Assembly (NCBI GenBank): GCA_964433755.1
Contig: CAYSSR010000002.1
Span: forward strand, 212,220 to 276,219
DNA: 64,000 nucleotides
Direction: 5' to 3'
From: an uncultured Anaerolineales bacterium
Lineage (GTDB): Bacteria; Chloroflexota; Anaerolineae; UBA7937; B3-Chlor
Each line of letters starts with the position of its first letter. Position 1 is the first letter of the stretch. Of the stretch, positions 37,604 through 46,241 are shown piece by piece. Below the pieces are notes generated by a model. That model saw only the letters and a program-made list of their open reading frames with translations, had not been told where the DNA came from and searched no databases. Both the position numbers and the translations under genes were made by a program.

Positions 37604-38452
37604 TCAGGAACCCTTCTCCCTCCACAGGCTCGAGTCGGGCGTGAACAAGGGAGAACCGAACTCTTCGACACCGAACTGGCCGATCTTCTCCTGCGTGGGT
37701 ACAGATATCAGCCAGTCGATGAACTCGTTCGCGATGTCGGAGTTGATCTCCGGGCTCTTCTCCGGGTTCACTGCCATGACACCGTAGGGGTTGAACAGAA
37801 TGCTGTCGCCCTCCACCAGGATCACGAGCTCGGTACCCTCGAGCGTGCGAGCGAGGTACGTGGCCCGATCTGAGAGGGTGTAGGCCTGCTGCTCATCGGC
37901 CATGGTGAGCACCGCTCCCATGCCCTGCCCAGCCGAGACGTACCACGCACCCTCGGGCTCGACGTTCGCTGCTGCCCAGATCGCCTTCTCCTTGGTGTGG
38001 GTTCCGGAGTCGTCACCCCTGGAGACGAAGGCGGCCTCGGCCCCCGCGATCATGCCAAACGCCTCGGCTGCTTCGCCCATACCTGCTACGCCCGCAGGGT
38101 CCGCCTCTGGGCCTACGATGACGAAGTCGTTGTACATCACATCCTCACGACGTACCCCATGCCCCGCATCCATGAACGCATCTTCTCTGGCTCGCGCATG
38201 CACCAGGAGCACGTCGGCATCGCCGGCCTCGCCGATCTCGAGCGCCTGGCCAGTGCCCACGGCAACCACTTCCACTTTGACGTTATACTCCTCCTCGAAG
38301 TCGGGAAGAATGTAGTCCAGCAAGCCCGAATCCTGCGTACTGGTCGTGGTAGCCAGGGTCATGGTCTGCGGTTCCGCTGCCGGAGCGCCACACCCTGCCG
38401 CCAGGCTCAGCAGTACGGCACTAAGACAGAGCCAAATCCATAGCTTCCTCAT
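37604..38452 (-). CDS. tupA: Tungstate ABC transporter substrate-binding lipoprotein
   Basis: LATTTSTQDSGLL (TTTS motif), AVGTGQAL, FVSRGDDSGTH, YTLSDRATY; lipobox AAGC. Confidence 0.93.
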   Translation of the reverse strand: MRKLWIWLCLSAVLLSLAAGCGAPAAEPQTMTLATTTSTQDSGLLDYILPDFEEEYNVKVEVVAVGTGQALEIGEAGDADVLLVHARAREDAFMDAGHGVRREDVMYNDFVIVGPEADPAGVAGMGEAAEAFGMIAGAEAAFVSRGDDSGTHTKEKAIWAAANVEPEGAWYVSAGQGMGAVLTMADEQQAYTLSDRATYLARTLEGTELVILVEGDSILFNPYGVMAVNPEKSPEINSDIANEFIDWLISVPTQEKIGQFGVEEFGSPLFTPDSSLWREKGS

Positions 38453-38582
38453 GTCTCACTCTCCTGCGTTTCTTTCTCCCATGGTCTGCATCTCAGCCAT
38501 CACCGTTGACTGCTCCCCTTCACATGGTTCACCCTCCCTCTACATTCTGTCAGCCAGCAAGGCTCATCGGACGAGACCCAGC

Positions 38583-39314
38583 TCAGTACGTCATCTCGCC
38601 CCGAACGAAGGCCGCGGTGCGTGGGTCGCGAGGCGACTGGAAGAACTTCTCTACCTGGGCTGTCTCCACGATATGCCCGTCCAGCAACAGCGCTACCTGA
38701 TGAGCCAAACGCCTGGCCTGGAACACGTTGTGCGTCACCAGCACAAGTGTGGTTCCCTTCTCGCTGTTGAGCGTACGCACGATTTCTTCGATCAGTCCCA
38801 CGTTATACGGGTCAAGATTCGCGGTCGGCTCGTCCAGAAGCAGCACGTCTGGATCGAGCACCATAGCTCGGGCCAACGCCACACGTTGCCCTTCACCTCC
38901 GGAGAGCGTTCGAGCTTGTCGCCTGGCGAAGGTTCGCAGACCCACCTCTTCCAGGGCCGCCTCTATCCGCCTGGCGCTGTGCCGCCGACCTCTCAGGTGC
39001 AGACCGAACTTCACGTTGTCCCACACCGTCCTGTTTAGTAGCATGGGGCGCTGAAACACAGTAGTCACTCGACGAGACAGTTCGAGTGGCATGGGCTTGG
39101 TGGCGCTGAACTCCTCTCCGTGATAACGCACGTATCCGGTGGTGGGTGGCTCCAGGAAGTTCAGCAACCTGAGCAGGGTGCTCTTGCCCGCGCCACTCGG
39201 TCCTACGAGCGCGAAAATCTCTCCACGATGGACATCCAGCCTATCCACTTGCAGGACAATCTGACCGTCGTACTCCTTCGTTGCGCCACGCACCTCGTAG
39301 ACAGACTCGCTCAC
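38583..39314 (-). CDS. tupC: Tungstate ABC transporter ATPase
   Basis: GPSGAGKS Walker A, LSGGE, LLLDEPT, H-loop VTHN; context. Confidence 0.9.
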   Translation of the reverse strand: MSESVYEVRGATKEYDGQIVLQVDRLDVHRGEIFALVGPSGAGKSTLLRLLNFLEPPTTGYVRYHGEEFSATKPMPLELSRRVTTVFQRPMLLNRTVWDNVKFGLHLRGRRHSARRIEAALEEVGLRTFARRQARTLSGGEGQRVALARAMVLDPDVLLLDEPTANLDPYNVGLIEEIVRTLNSEKGTTLVLVTHNVFQARRLAHQVALLLDGHIVETAQVEKFFQSPRDPRTAAFVRGEMTY

Positions 39315-40033
39315 TGGTCAAACGTCCTTCCTTGCAGGCGCAGCATGGCCACGTTCGTGGCGAAGGAGAGTCCCAGTAGAACCACTCCCAGAGACATCGC
39401 CAAGTCAAAGTTGCCTTTCCGTGTCTCCAACACGATCGCGGTGGTGAGCACTCTCGTGCTGTGCTCGATGTTACCGCCGACCATCATCACCGCGCCCACT
39501 TCTGAGATGATGCTGCCAAAACCAGCAATCACAGAGACCACGACGCCCACCCGTGCTTCCATCAACACAGTCGCCGCGGTCTGCCACCGTGTGGCGCCCA
39601 GAGCACGCACCTGTCTCCGCAGTTCTGGATCCACCCCCATGACCGCAGCCATCGTAAAGCCAGCCACCAGCGGAAAGGAGATGATGCTCTGCGCTACTAC
39701 CATAGCCGCGGGGGTGAAAAGCGATGGAATGAGCCGGGAGCCTAGCTGCCCCAGGGGTCCACTGCGTGAGAGCATCAAGTAGACAAAGAGACCTACTACC
39801 ACCGGCGGAAAGCCCATGCCGGTGTAGAGCAGGGCGATCACGAGCCGACGCCCGAAGAAGCGACTCAATCCGAGAAAAGCTCCGAGAGGAATCCCGATCA
39901 GTGTGCTGATCAGCAGAGCAACACCCGACACCGAAAGGGACAGCCGCACGATCTCGTAGAGAGCGCTATCACCCGTGACGATCAGGTACAAAGCCTGGAC
40001 TAGACCATTCAGGATCTCTTCGATGGTCTGCAC
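39311..40033 (-). CDS. tupB: Tungstate ABC transporter permease
   Basis: GFPPVVVGL, ALGATR, AGFGSIISEVGA, GGNI...TRVLTTAI. Confidence 0.92.
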   Translation of the reverse strand: MQTIEEILNGLVQALYLIVTGDSALYEIVRLSLSVSGVALLISTLIGIPLGAFLGLSRFFGRRLVIALLYTGMGFPPVVVGLFVYLMLSRSGPLGQLGSRLIPSLFTPAAMVVAQSIISFPLVAGFTMAAVMGVDPELRRQVRALGATRWQTAATVLMEARVGVVVSVIAGFGSIISEVGAVMMVGGNIEHSTRVLTTAIVLETRKGNFDLAMSLGVVLLGLSFATNVAMLRLQGRTFDQ

Positions 40034-40213
40034 TCCTCACAACTGGACCCCTATCGCCATAGACGGTCCTGGGTCACTACCCCGCTGATCGCTCTCGAGC
40101 CCCGGCAGGAAAGCCTCCGACCTCAACGTTCTGAGCCTCTTGTCTCCCGACACCAGAGAAGACAGAGAAGAGGCACCTCGGAAAAGAGATGCCTTTCGGG
40201 AACCGGGCATACC

Positions 40214-40245
40214 AAAAGGACGGCGCCCCGAAAAGGACGCCGTCC
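40214..40245 (-). terminator. Intrinsic terminator (riboswitch expression platform of tupBCA)
   Basis: Minus strand GGACGGCGTCC-TTTTCG-GGGCGCCGTCC followed by TTTT. Confidence 0.8.
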
Positions 40246-40265
40246 GCAAACAGCCCGTCGGCGGA

Positions 40266-40364
40266 TCTCCTTTCCAAGAATGGGAGGTATAGCCGTTTCC
40301 AGCTATGCCCTATCGGCCTCGCTCCATTGGTCCGTGCTGTCCATTAGGTGACGAAGCTCGGAGA
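40266..40364 (-). ncRNA. Moco/Tuco riboswitch upstream of tupBCA
   Basis: TCTCC GAGC...CCTAA...AGGGC ATAGCT GGAAAC GGCTAT ACCTCCC ATTCTT GGAAA GGAGA; P1 is TCTCC/GGAGA; conserved CCTCCC...GGAAAGG core. Confidence 0.88.
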
Positions 40365-40396
40365 CACGACAAGATTAGATGTTCAAGAGCCAAGGG

Positions 40397-40425
40397 ATTA
40401 TGGCACATGTCTGGCAAGATGTCAA
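40397..40425 (-). promoter_or_regulatory. Sigma70 promoter for riboswitch-tupBCA
   Basis: TTGACA-17 bp-CATAAT with TGn extension. Confidence 0.75.
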
Positions 40426-40601
40426 GGCGGGTCTCTCCCGGGTCGGGAGGTTGAGACCGGCCGGGAGCCAACGTGGCCGCGAACTCCGGCTCTCCTGCAG
40501 ACGACTGCGGCCCCAGAACCTCATCAAGGGGAAGGAAGCATCTACGCCAGGCCAGAGCCCGCCTGCGGTGTGTCAGGCGAGGATGGGCTCCGTCGAGACC
40601 A

Positions 40602-40699
40602 GGCGGGAGTGGATGGGAGTCGAACCCACCATGGCTAGCTCGTCGCTACCCATCAACGGTTTTGAAGACCGCGGAGGCCACCGGGTCTCTACCACCCCC
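40602..40699 (-). tRNA. selC: tRNA-Sec (anticodon UCA)
   Basis: 8-bp acceptor stem GGGGGTGG/CCACTCCC, G73, 6-bp D-stem with 4-nt loop, anticodon loop CT-TCA-AA, long variable arm, GTGGG-TTCGACT-CCCAT T-arm; the genomic 3' end reads CCT. Confidence 0.97.
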
Positions 40700-40708
40700 A
40701 CTCCACCA

Positions 40709-40737
40709 ATCATACAACCTTTGGCGTGGACAGTCAA
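40709..40737 (-). promoter_or_regulatory. Sigma70 promoter for selC
   Basis: TTGACT-17 bp-TATGAT, 9 nt upstream of the tRNA 5' end. Confidence 0.75.
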
Positions 40738-40850
40738 GAGACAGCGATGGGACATCTCCCAGGGATCTTGGGGCATGCCAGGCCAAGCACGCCAGATGGT
40801 GAGAAAGACCGGACCACCGCACCGAGAAGGGGTGCGCTATCCCGATCGTC

Positions 40851-41537
40851 CTAGTCCAGCTTCAGGGGCAGCCAATGGTCGCCACACCACCGGACGATGG
40901 CGACAGCCTCCCCTCCTCTACGAGCGGGCCGCAGCTTGTCCGCCGCCACCAGCCCCTCGACCACCCGCTCTCCCTGCTCGGTACGTACGGCCGATATGCC
41001 CGCTTCCTGCAAGACCGACACCGGCTGCCGGCCTCGGAGCTCGCGCGATCTCCCCACCAGCACGTAGCGGCCGTCGTCGCCACTGGCGGCCAGACCCACC
41101 GCCGCCAGTGCTCCGATCACTCCGCTCTCGTCCCCGCCCAGACCCTCGAGTGGAAGACCATGGAGGCTGGCCAAAGAGCGTGCCTCATCCTGCGTAGCCA
41201 ATCGACTCTTAACCTGACGACCGAAGTCCACGACTGCGGGACCCACCACCTGAGCCACGCAGAGACCTGGATCGCTTCCCGGCTGGTGGCCATCCAGCAC
41301 CATCTGACGAACGCGCCGCAGAACGTCGTGGGGGTCGGGATTCTCGTTCCCATCCAGCAGGATGGCTGCCGAGCTGTTCTTCTTGGTGCAGGGGATGCGT
41401 GGATCCCTCAGCAGTTGGTGCCGCGTCACTCCCAAGACCACCAAGTCAGCCGAGAGCGACGCCGCAATCTGACGAGCCAGGTATCCAGTGCCCCGCGACT
41501 CCAACGTATCCGTGTCGTCTAGACCGACAATCAACAT
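40851..41537 (-). CDS. Stand-alone TiaS-like (DDTD-motif) ATP-utilising domain protein
   Basis: VGLDDTD, DPRIPCTKKNSS, SDPG, GVIGALAAVG correspond to TiaS N-terminal domains; 228 aa with no OB-fold or zinc ribbon. Confidence 0.75.
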   Translation of the reverse strand: MLIVGLDDTDTLESRGTGYLARQIAASLSADLVVLGVTRHQLLRDPRIPCTKKNSSAAILLDGNENPDPHDVLRRVRQMVLDGHQPGSDPGLCVAQVVGPAVVDFGRQVKSRLATQDEARSLASLHGLPLEGLGGDESGVIGALAAVGLAASGDDGRYVLVGRSRELRGRQPVSVLQEAGISAVRTEQGERVVEGLVAADKLRPARRGGEAVAIVRWCGDHWLPLKLD

Positions 41538-41543
41538 CTCTAC

Positions 41544-41572
41544 TTGACTAACACCTCGTGATCACGTATACT
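41544..41572 (+). promoter_or_regulatory. Sigma70 promoter for the 41634-DUF134 operon
   Basis: TTGACT-17 bp-TATACT; the spacer contains palindrome CGTGATCACG (41557-41566). Confidence 0.8.
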
Positions 41573-41574
41573 TA

Positions 41575-41594
41575 TTTTGGGCAAATGCCCAAAA
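41575..41594. promoter_or_regulatory. Palindromic operator TTTTGGGCA-AA-TGCCCAAAA
   Basis: Perfect 9-2-9 inverted repeat starting 3 bp after the -10 box. Confidence 0.75.
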
Positions 41595-41633
41595 CCAATC
41601 GCTGCTTCCACCCATACACAAGAGGAGGCTCCC

Positions 41634-41882
41634 ATGAGCAAGATCTTCGTTCGAGAGAGACGCCACGTCGGGCCCGGAGCAGGGCGACCCCGCTTCGCCA
41701 TCGTCGCGTCGCAGGGCGCTGATCTACGGGTCTACAAGACTCGCGTGCGCCGCTCGGAGCTAGAGACCATCGCGAGCCAGAGCGGGGCAGAGATCGTCCA
41801 TCTGCCCAGGGGCGAACAGTCGGACGAGGAGGAGCAACAAGCCACCCAGCGCCGCGGACGCCGTGGGCGCGATGCTGGGTAG
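41634..41882 (+). CDS. 82-aa hypothetical protein
   Basis: AGGAGG RBS, coding-like codon usage, 6 bp upstream of the DUF134 gene. Confidence 0.7.
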   Translation: MSKIFVRERRHVGPGAGRPRFAIVASQGADLRVYKTRVRRSELETIASQSGAEIVHLPRGEQSDEEEQQATQRRGRRGRDAG

Positions 41883-41888
41883 GGCTCC

Positions 41889-42215
41889 ATGCCCCGGCCT
41901 CGCAAGCGTCGAGTCCTGGCCAGCGAGCCTCGACCGGTGATCTACAAGCCGGCAGGGGTACCACTGAACCGCCTAAGCTCAGTGTCACTACTGCACGAGG
42001 AACTTGAGGCTCTGCGGCTGGCCGACGCAGAGGGTATGCTCCAGACAGCGGCAGCGGACCGGATGGGCATTTCTCGCTCCACCTTTCAGCGTGTGCTTGC
42101 CCGAGCGCGTTCGCGGGTGGCTCTTGCTCTGACAGGCGGCCATGCCCTGCGTATCGAGGGCGGTAGCTACGAAGTGCAACCACCACGCCTTCGGGGGCCG
42201 CGCCGCAGGCGGTAG
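41889..42215 (+). CDS. DUF134 HTH protein (predicted DNA-binding)
   Basis: MPRPRKRR...YKPAGVPL...EELEALRLADAEG..Q..AA.RMGISRSTFQR.L..AR..VA.AL..G.ALRIEGG. Confidence 0.92.
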   Translation: MPRPRKRRVLASEPRPVIYKPAGVPLNRLSSVSLLHEELEALRLADAEGMLQTAAADRMGISRSTFQRVLARARSRVALALTGGHALRIEGGSYEVQPPRLRGPRRRR

Positions 42216-42255
42216 TGCACGAGACGTCCTGCTCGGAACCAGAGGGCACTACCAG

Positions 42256-43086
42256 TCACTCCCGACGGTAGATCCGCGTGCCCGGGTTCTTCCCCTCCAG
42301 CGCCAGTGTGAGGTTGCCGGGGGCCAGGCCGTTGATGATCTGTACCTCTCGTACACTTCTGGCTCCTGCCAGGGCCCGCACCATGGCCCGTTCCACCGCC
42401 AGATCAGCCAGGTCCAACTCCAGGAGTTCGTTGACCTCGATCTCCGGGATAAACTCGGCCTGCGGCTCCTTCTTGGGGTCAGCCGTGTACAGACCTTCCT
42501 CGTCCTTGACCAGGATACAGCATCTGGCGCCCAGGACCTCTGCGGTGAGAAAGGCCCCGAAGTCGGTGCGGTGAGGCGGAATCCGCCCTCTGATCGGCGG
42601 CTCCTCCCAGAGTCCGTAGGGAGGCATGGCGTGCATTACCGGTATCGTGCCCAAGGCCAGGAACGAAGGGAGCTTGACCAGATCGTCGTGTCCGATCTTC
42701 ACACCGCCGCGAGGAGCAAGGAGGATGGAGATCATCAGGGCGTTCTGCTCGCTGATGCTCGAACCCAGCTTGGCTAGCACGCCTGTGGGCATCCCCAGGT
42801 CCAGCGCAATGGAGTACGCGTGACGGCTACGGGTCCCGCCTCCCGTCACCACCAGGAGATCGTGTCCTTCTCTCGCTGCGACGATCTCCTCGATCAGAGG
42901 CAGCACCACCTTACGCCCGCGATCGATGATGCTCTGTCCCCCCAGCTTGACCACGTTGAGATCAGGCAAAGGTCGGAACACGTGCCCGATCTCGGTGCCC
43001 TCGAGCAGACCCTTGTCCATCAGCGACTCGGCCATCAACTCTGTCTCGATGTGCAGCCGGCCGCTGTCATCCCTTACCAGGCCCAT
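42256..43086 (-). CDS. Molybdenum storage protein (MosA/MosB)-like amino-acid-kinase-fold protein
   Basis: VKLGGQSIIDRG, TGGGTRSRH.Y.IALDLGMPTGVL, EQNALM, MPPYGLWE, IPPHRTD.GAFL.AE, VKDEEGLYTADPK. Confidence 0.82.
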   Translation of the reverse strand: MGLVRDDSGRLHIETELMAESLMDKGLLEGTEIGHVFRPLPDLNVVKLGGQSIIDRGRKVVLPLIEEIVAAREGHDLLVVTGGGTRSRHAYSIALDLGMPTGVLAKLGSSISEQNALMISILLAPRGGVKIGHDDLVKLPSFLALGTIPVMHAMPPYGLWEEPPIRGRIPPHRTDFGAFLTAEVLGARCCILVKDEEGLYTADPKKEPQAEFIPEIEVNELLELDLADLAVERAMVRALAGARSVREVQIINGLAPGNLTLALEGKNPGTRIYRRE

Positions 43087-43197
43087 CTGTGCCTTCCCTT
43101 CGTGTCTGGCAGCCTGCCCCCAACCCAACGCCAAGCAGACGAGCCTCGCCCGTCTACATACACAGAAACAGGATGAGACGGGCTGCGGCTGGCCCGT

Positions 43198-43722
43198 TCA
43201 GCTCCCCTGCAACCGATCCTGGTACCCGTGACGCAGATCCGACCCGGCAGCCTCTCGGAGGATCTCGATCCCGTGCGGCAGAACGGGGAAGATCACCTCC
43301 AGCCCCTCTCGCACAGCCTTGGTGCTCCCGGGCAGATTCACCACCAACGTCTGACCACGGATGCCGGCGACACCTCGGGAGAGCATCGCATGAGGCGTAG
43401 CTTTGGCACCCTCCGTTCTCATGGCCTCAGCCAGTCCCGGCGCCTCCCGCTCGATGATCCCCCTGGTAGCCTCTGGAGTAACGTCTCGCGGCGCGAAGCC
43501 GGTCCCCCCCGTAGTCAGGATCAGATCGAGGTCTTTCACGTCACACCATTCTATCAAGACTTGGCGGATGGAGTCCTGCTCATCCGGAACAACGGCTTGC
43601 TCCGTCACCTCGGCCTGCAGTCGCTCCACAACCAGATCCCTGATCAGGGGGCCGCTGGCATCTTCGGCCTCGCCCCGAGAGCATCGGTCGCTCACTGTCA
43701 GGACGCCCACGGAGATCTTCAT
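43198..43722 (-). CDS. mog: MogA/MoaB molybdopterin adenylyltransferase
   Basis: VLTVSDR, DASG, VPDE, TTGGTGFAPRDVTPEA, SRGVAGIRG.TL.VNLPGS. Confidence 0.93.
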   Translation of the reverse strand: MKISVGVLTVSDRCSRGEAEDASGPLIRDLVVERLQAEVTEQAVVPDEQDSIRQVLIEWCDVKDLDLILTTGGTGFAPRDVTPEATRGIIEREAPGLAEAMRTEGAKATPHAMLSRGVAGIRGQTLVVNLPGSTKAVREGLEVIFPVLPHGIEILREAAGSDLRHGYQDRLQGS

Positions 43723-45005
43723 GCGCCACTCCTAGACGACTCCAAGTCCCAAACTGAAGGGGCTGTATCACTGCCGCCCCTTTCCAGCAGCATGACCGTC
43801 ACACGGCTGCCCGCCGGCGCACGACTCCAGTCCTCCGGGATGATCGCCAAACCATCCGCTTCGATCATGGAGCTCAGAATCCCGGACCCCTGTTCTCCGG
43901 TGAGATACGCCTGCCACTCGCCGGCCTCCTCCAGGCGCACGCGCAAATAGTGACGGCGATCGTCCTTCCGCGACACTTCGTCCATGAGCACAGCCTCAAG
44001 GGTCGGACGCCTCCACTCCGTGGCGCCCTGCATCCTGAGAATCGCAGGGCGGGCGAAGAGCTCGAAGGAGATCATCGCCGAGACGGGATTCCCCGGCAAG
44101 CCCAACAACGGCACCCCCTCGATCTGTCCAAAAGCCAGAGGCTTTCCGGGCTTCATCCGTACACGCCAGAAAGTCATCTGGCCCTCAGCGGCCAACACTT
44201 CCTTCACCACGTCGAAATCGCCCACAGACACCCCGCCCGAGGTCAAGAAGAGGTCCACGCCTTGCGCCAGGCCGGTTCTGATCATCTCTGTCAGCTCTTC
44301 CACCTGGTCCCGAGCGATGCCCAGGACCACCGGAATGCCACCGCACTGCATCACCTGCGCGGCGTTGGAGTAGCTGTTCGCATTTCGTATCTTGCCCGGG
44401 GCCAGAGGCTGATCAACCTCCACCAACTCGTCGCCGGTAGCGAGAATGCCCACTCTCGGCCGCCGGGTGACCATGATCTCCTTCCGCCCCAGAGTGGCAG
44501 CCATGCCCACCTCCTGGGCACGGATCCGAGTTCCTGGACGGAGCACCAGCGTTCCCGCGCGGACATCCTCTCCAGCCGCTCGAGTGTCCTTGCCCACGGG
44601 CACGTCCACCTTCACGTCCACCCAGTCTCCATCACGGTCGGTATCCTCAAAGCGTACCACAGCATCAGCGTCCTCCGGCAAGGGCGCCCCGGTCATGATG
44701 CGTATGGTCGTGCCCGGCTCCACCGCCTTGTCGCTGACGTAGCCCGCCCCCAGGTCGCCCACCATCAGCAGGCGTCTTGGAGACTCGGGTGTCGCCCCCA
44801 CCGTGTCAGCCGCTTGCACAGCATAGCCGTCCATGGCCGAGTTGGTGTACGGTGGTATATCGACGTCGGCGCGCACGTCCTCGGCCAGAACGCGGCCCAG
44901 AGCCTCCAGTATCGGTACTCGCTCCGGCTCCAGGAGATCAAAGAAGCCCAGTACTCGTTCCAGGGCTTCTTCAACGCTCAGAACTGGGTACAGCTCACTC
45001 ACCAT
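43719..45005 (-). CDS. moeA: MoeA molybdopterin molybdo/tungstotransferase
   Basis: NSAMDGYAV, RIMTGAPLP, ATGDEL, NANS, TSGGVSVGDFD, KPGKP, LPGNPVS. Confidence 0.95.
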   Translation of the reverse strand: MVSELYPVLSVEEALERVLGFFDLLEPERVPILEALGRVLAEDVRADVDIPPYTNSAMDGYAVQAADTVGATPESPRRLLMVGDLGAGYVSDKAVEPGTTIRIMTGAPLPEDADAVVRFEDTDRDGDWVDVKVDVPVGKDTRAAGEDVRAGTLVLRPGTRIRAQEVGMAATLGRKEIMVTRRPRVGILATGDELVEVDQPLAPGKIRNANSYSNAAQVMQCGGIPVVLGIARDQVEELTEMIRTGLAQGVDLFLTSGGVSVGDFDVVKEVLAAEGQMTFWRVRMKPGKPLAFGQIEGVPLLGLPGNPVSAMISFELFARPAILRMQGATEWRRPTLEAVLMDEVSRKDDRRHYLRVRLEEAGEWQAYLTGEQGSGILSSMIEADGLAIIPEDWSRAPAGSRVTVMLLERGGSDTAPSVWDLESSRSGA

Positions 45006-45436
45006 TCGCCCTTCCATTCAGCACCATCTGCCCAGACTTCTTTCTTCCAGACGGGCACTATCTCCTTCAGCCGGTCGATCGCATAGCGCAATGCTTCGAA
45101 GACCTCTTCCCGATGGGCTGCGGACAGGGCGATGACTGCACTCACCTCCCCGGGCTGCAAGCGTCCAACACGATGAACGATAGCGACTCTGTCGATGCTC
45201 GCCCATCTTTGGCGGATCTCTTCACCCACCTGCTCCAGCATCTCTTCGGCCATCCCGGGATAGTGCTCGTACTCCAGGTAGCGAACTGCTCGACCATCGG
45301 TGTGGTCGCGAGCGACGCCTACGAACGAGGCCACAGCCCCGATGGAAGGGCTCGCCACCTGCGTCACGACCTCGTCCACATGCAACTCCCGCGTGGTAAT
45401 CTCGAACGGTCCGAGGGATGATGCTGTCGTCACCAA
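44999..45436 (-). CDS. moaE: Molybdopterin synthase catalytic subunit
   Basis: GAVASFVGVARD, LEYEHY, HRVGRL, SAAHREE.F, IDRLKEIVPVWKKE. Confidence 0.95.
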   Translation of the reverse strand: MVTTASSLGPFEITTRELHVDEVVTQVASPSIGAVASFVGVARDHTDGRAVRYLEYEHYPGMAEEMLEQVGEEIRQRWASIDRVAIVHRVGRLQPGEVSAVIALSAAHREEVFEALRYAIDRLKEIVPVWKKEVWADGAEWKGEW

Positions 45437-45438
45437 TC

Positions 45439-45684
45439 CTACCCTCCCGATACCGGCGGTATGCAGGCGACCTCATCGCCCTCGAACAGTTCCGTTCCCG
45501 GATCGGCATACCTCCGATTCACCGCGATCCTGACCGCGGCAGCGTAGCTCCCCAGAACCGGGTACCCCTCAACGAGGTCGGAAAGCAGTTGCCCGGCAGT
45601 CATTCCAGTATCGATCTCCCAATCCAGCTCTTTCGTGCCGAGCGCCTCCCGGGGACCACCGAAGAGCTTGATCTTCACTCGCAT
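45439..45684 (-). CDS. moaD: MoaD sulfur carrier
   Basis: 81 aa ubiquitin-like; AVNRRY; C-terminal PPVSGG. Confidence 0.95.
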   Translation of the reverse strand: MRVKIKLFGGPREALGTKELDWEIDTGMTAGQLLSDLVEGYPVLGSYAAAVRIAVNRRYADPGTELFEGDEVACIPPVSGG

Positions 45685-46163
45685 GGGGACTCCTCGAGCA
45701 CGAGATCCCCGCTGCTCCCTCCGCTCTTCCTCACCAATCTGATCTCCCCGATCCTCATCGTCCTCTCCACGGCTTTGGCCATGTCATAGATGGTCAGCGC
45801 AGCCACACTCACCGCTGTGAGCGCCTCCATCTCCACGCCGGTCTGCCCTCGGCTTTGCGCCGTGGCCGTGATCTCTATCCGCGAGCCGGTTTCATCGACC
45901 TGGAAGTCCAGATCTACCTTGGTCAACAGAACAGGGTGACACAGCGGGATGAGCTCGGGAACCTTCTTGGCAGCCTGAATGCCTGCTACCCTGGCCACGG
46001 CGAACACATCCCCCTTGGGTAGTGCCTTCTCCACAATGAGACGGAGGGTCGCCGGACGCATGCTCACCTCTCCCCTGGCCACAGCCACCCTCTTCGTAGC
46101 TGGCTTGTCACCTACGTCCACCATTTGAGCGCGACCTTCATCGTCCAGATGAGTCAATTCCAT
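45675..46163 (-). CDS. moaC: Cyclic pyranopterin monophosphate synthase
   Basis: [39 protein letters not shown]. Confidence 0.96.
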   Translation of the reverse strand: MELTHLDDEGRAQMVDVGDKPATKRVAVARGEVSMRPATLRLIVEKALPKGDVFAVARVAGIQAAKKVPELIPLCHPVLLTKVDLDFQVDETGSRIEITATAQSRGQTGVEMEALTAVSVAALTIYDMAKAVERTMRIGEIRLVRKSGGSSGDLVLEESPCE

Positions 46164-46241
46164 GGTGCCCCCCATATGCCGTGGATGATCGCCACTGACG
46201 CAGCCAGACCGTTGTCGTCCCCCAGCCAGTCGACCAAGACT

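Noticed and set aside
40525-40545. SRP-RNA-like GGAAGGAAGCA
   Set aside because: The flanking CAGG...CAGC helix-8 pairing is absent. The overlapping ORF 40379..41197 is also spurious, since it spans selC.
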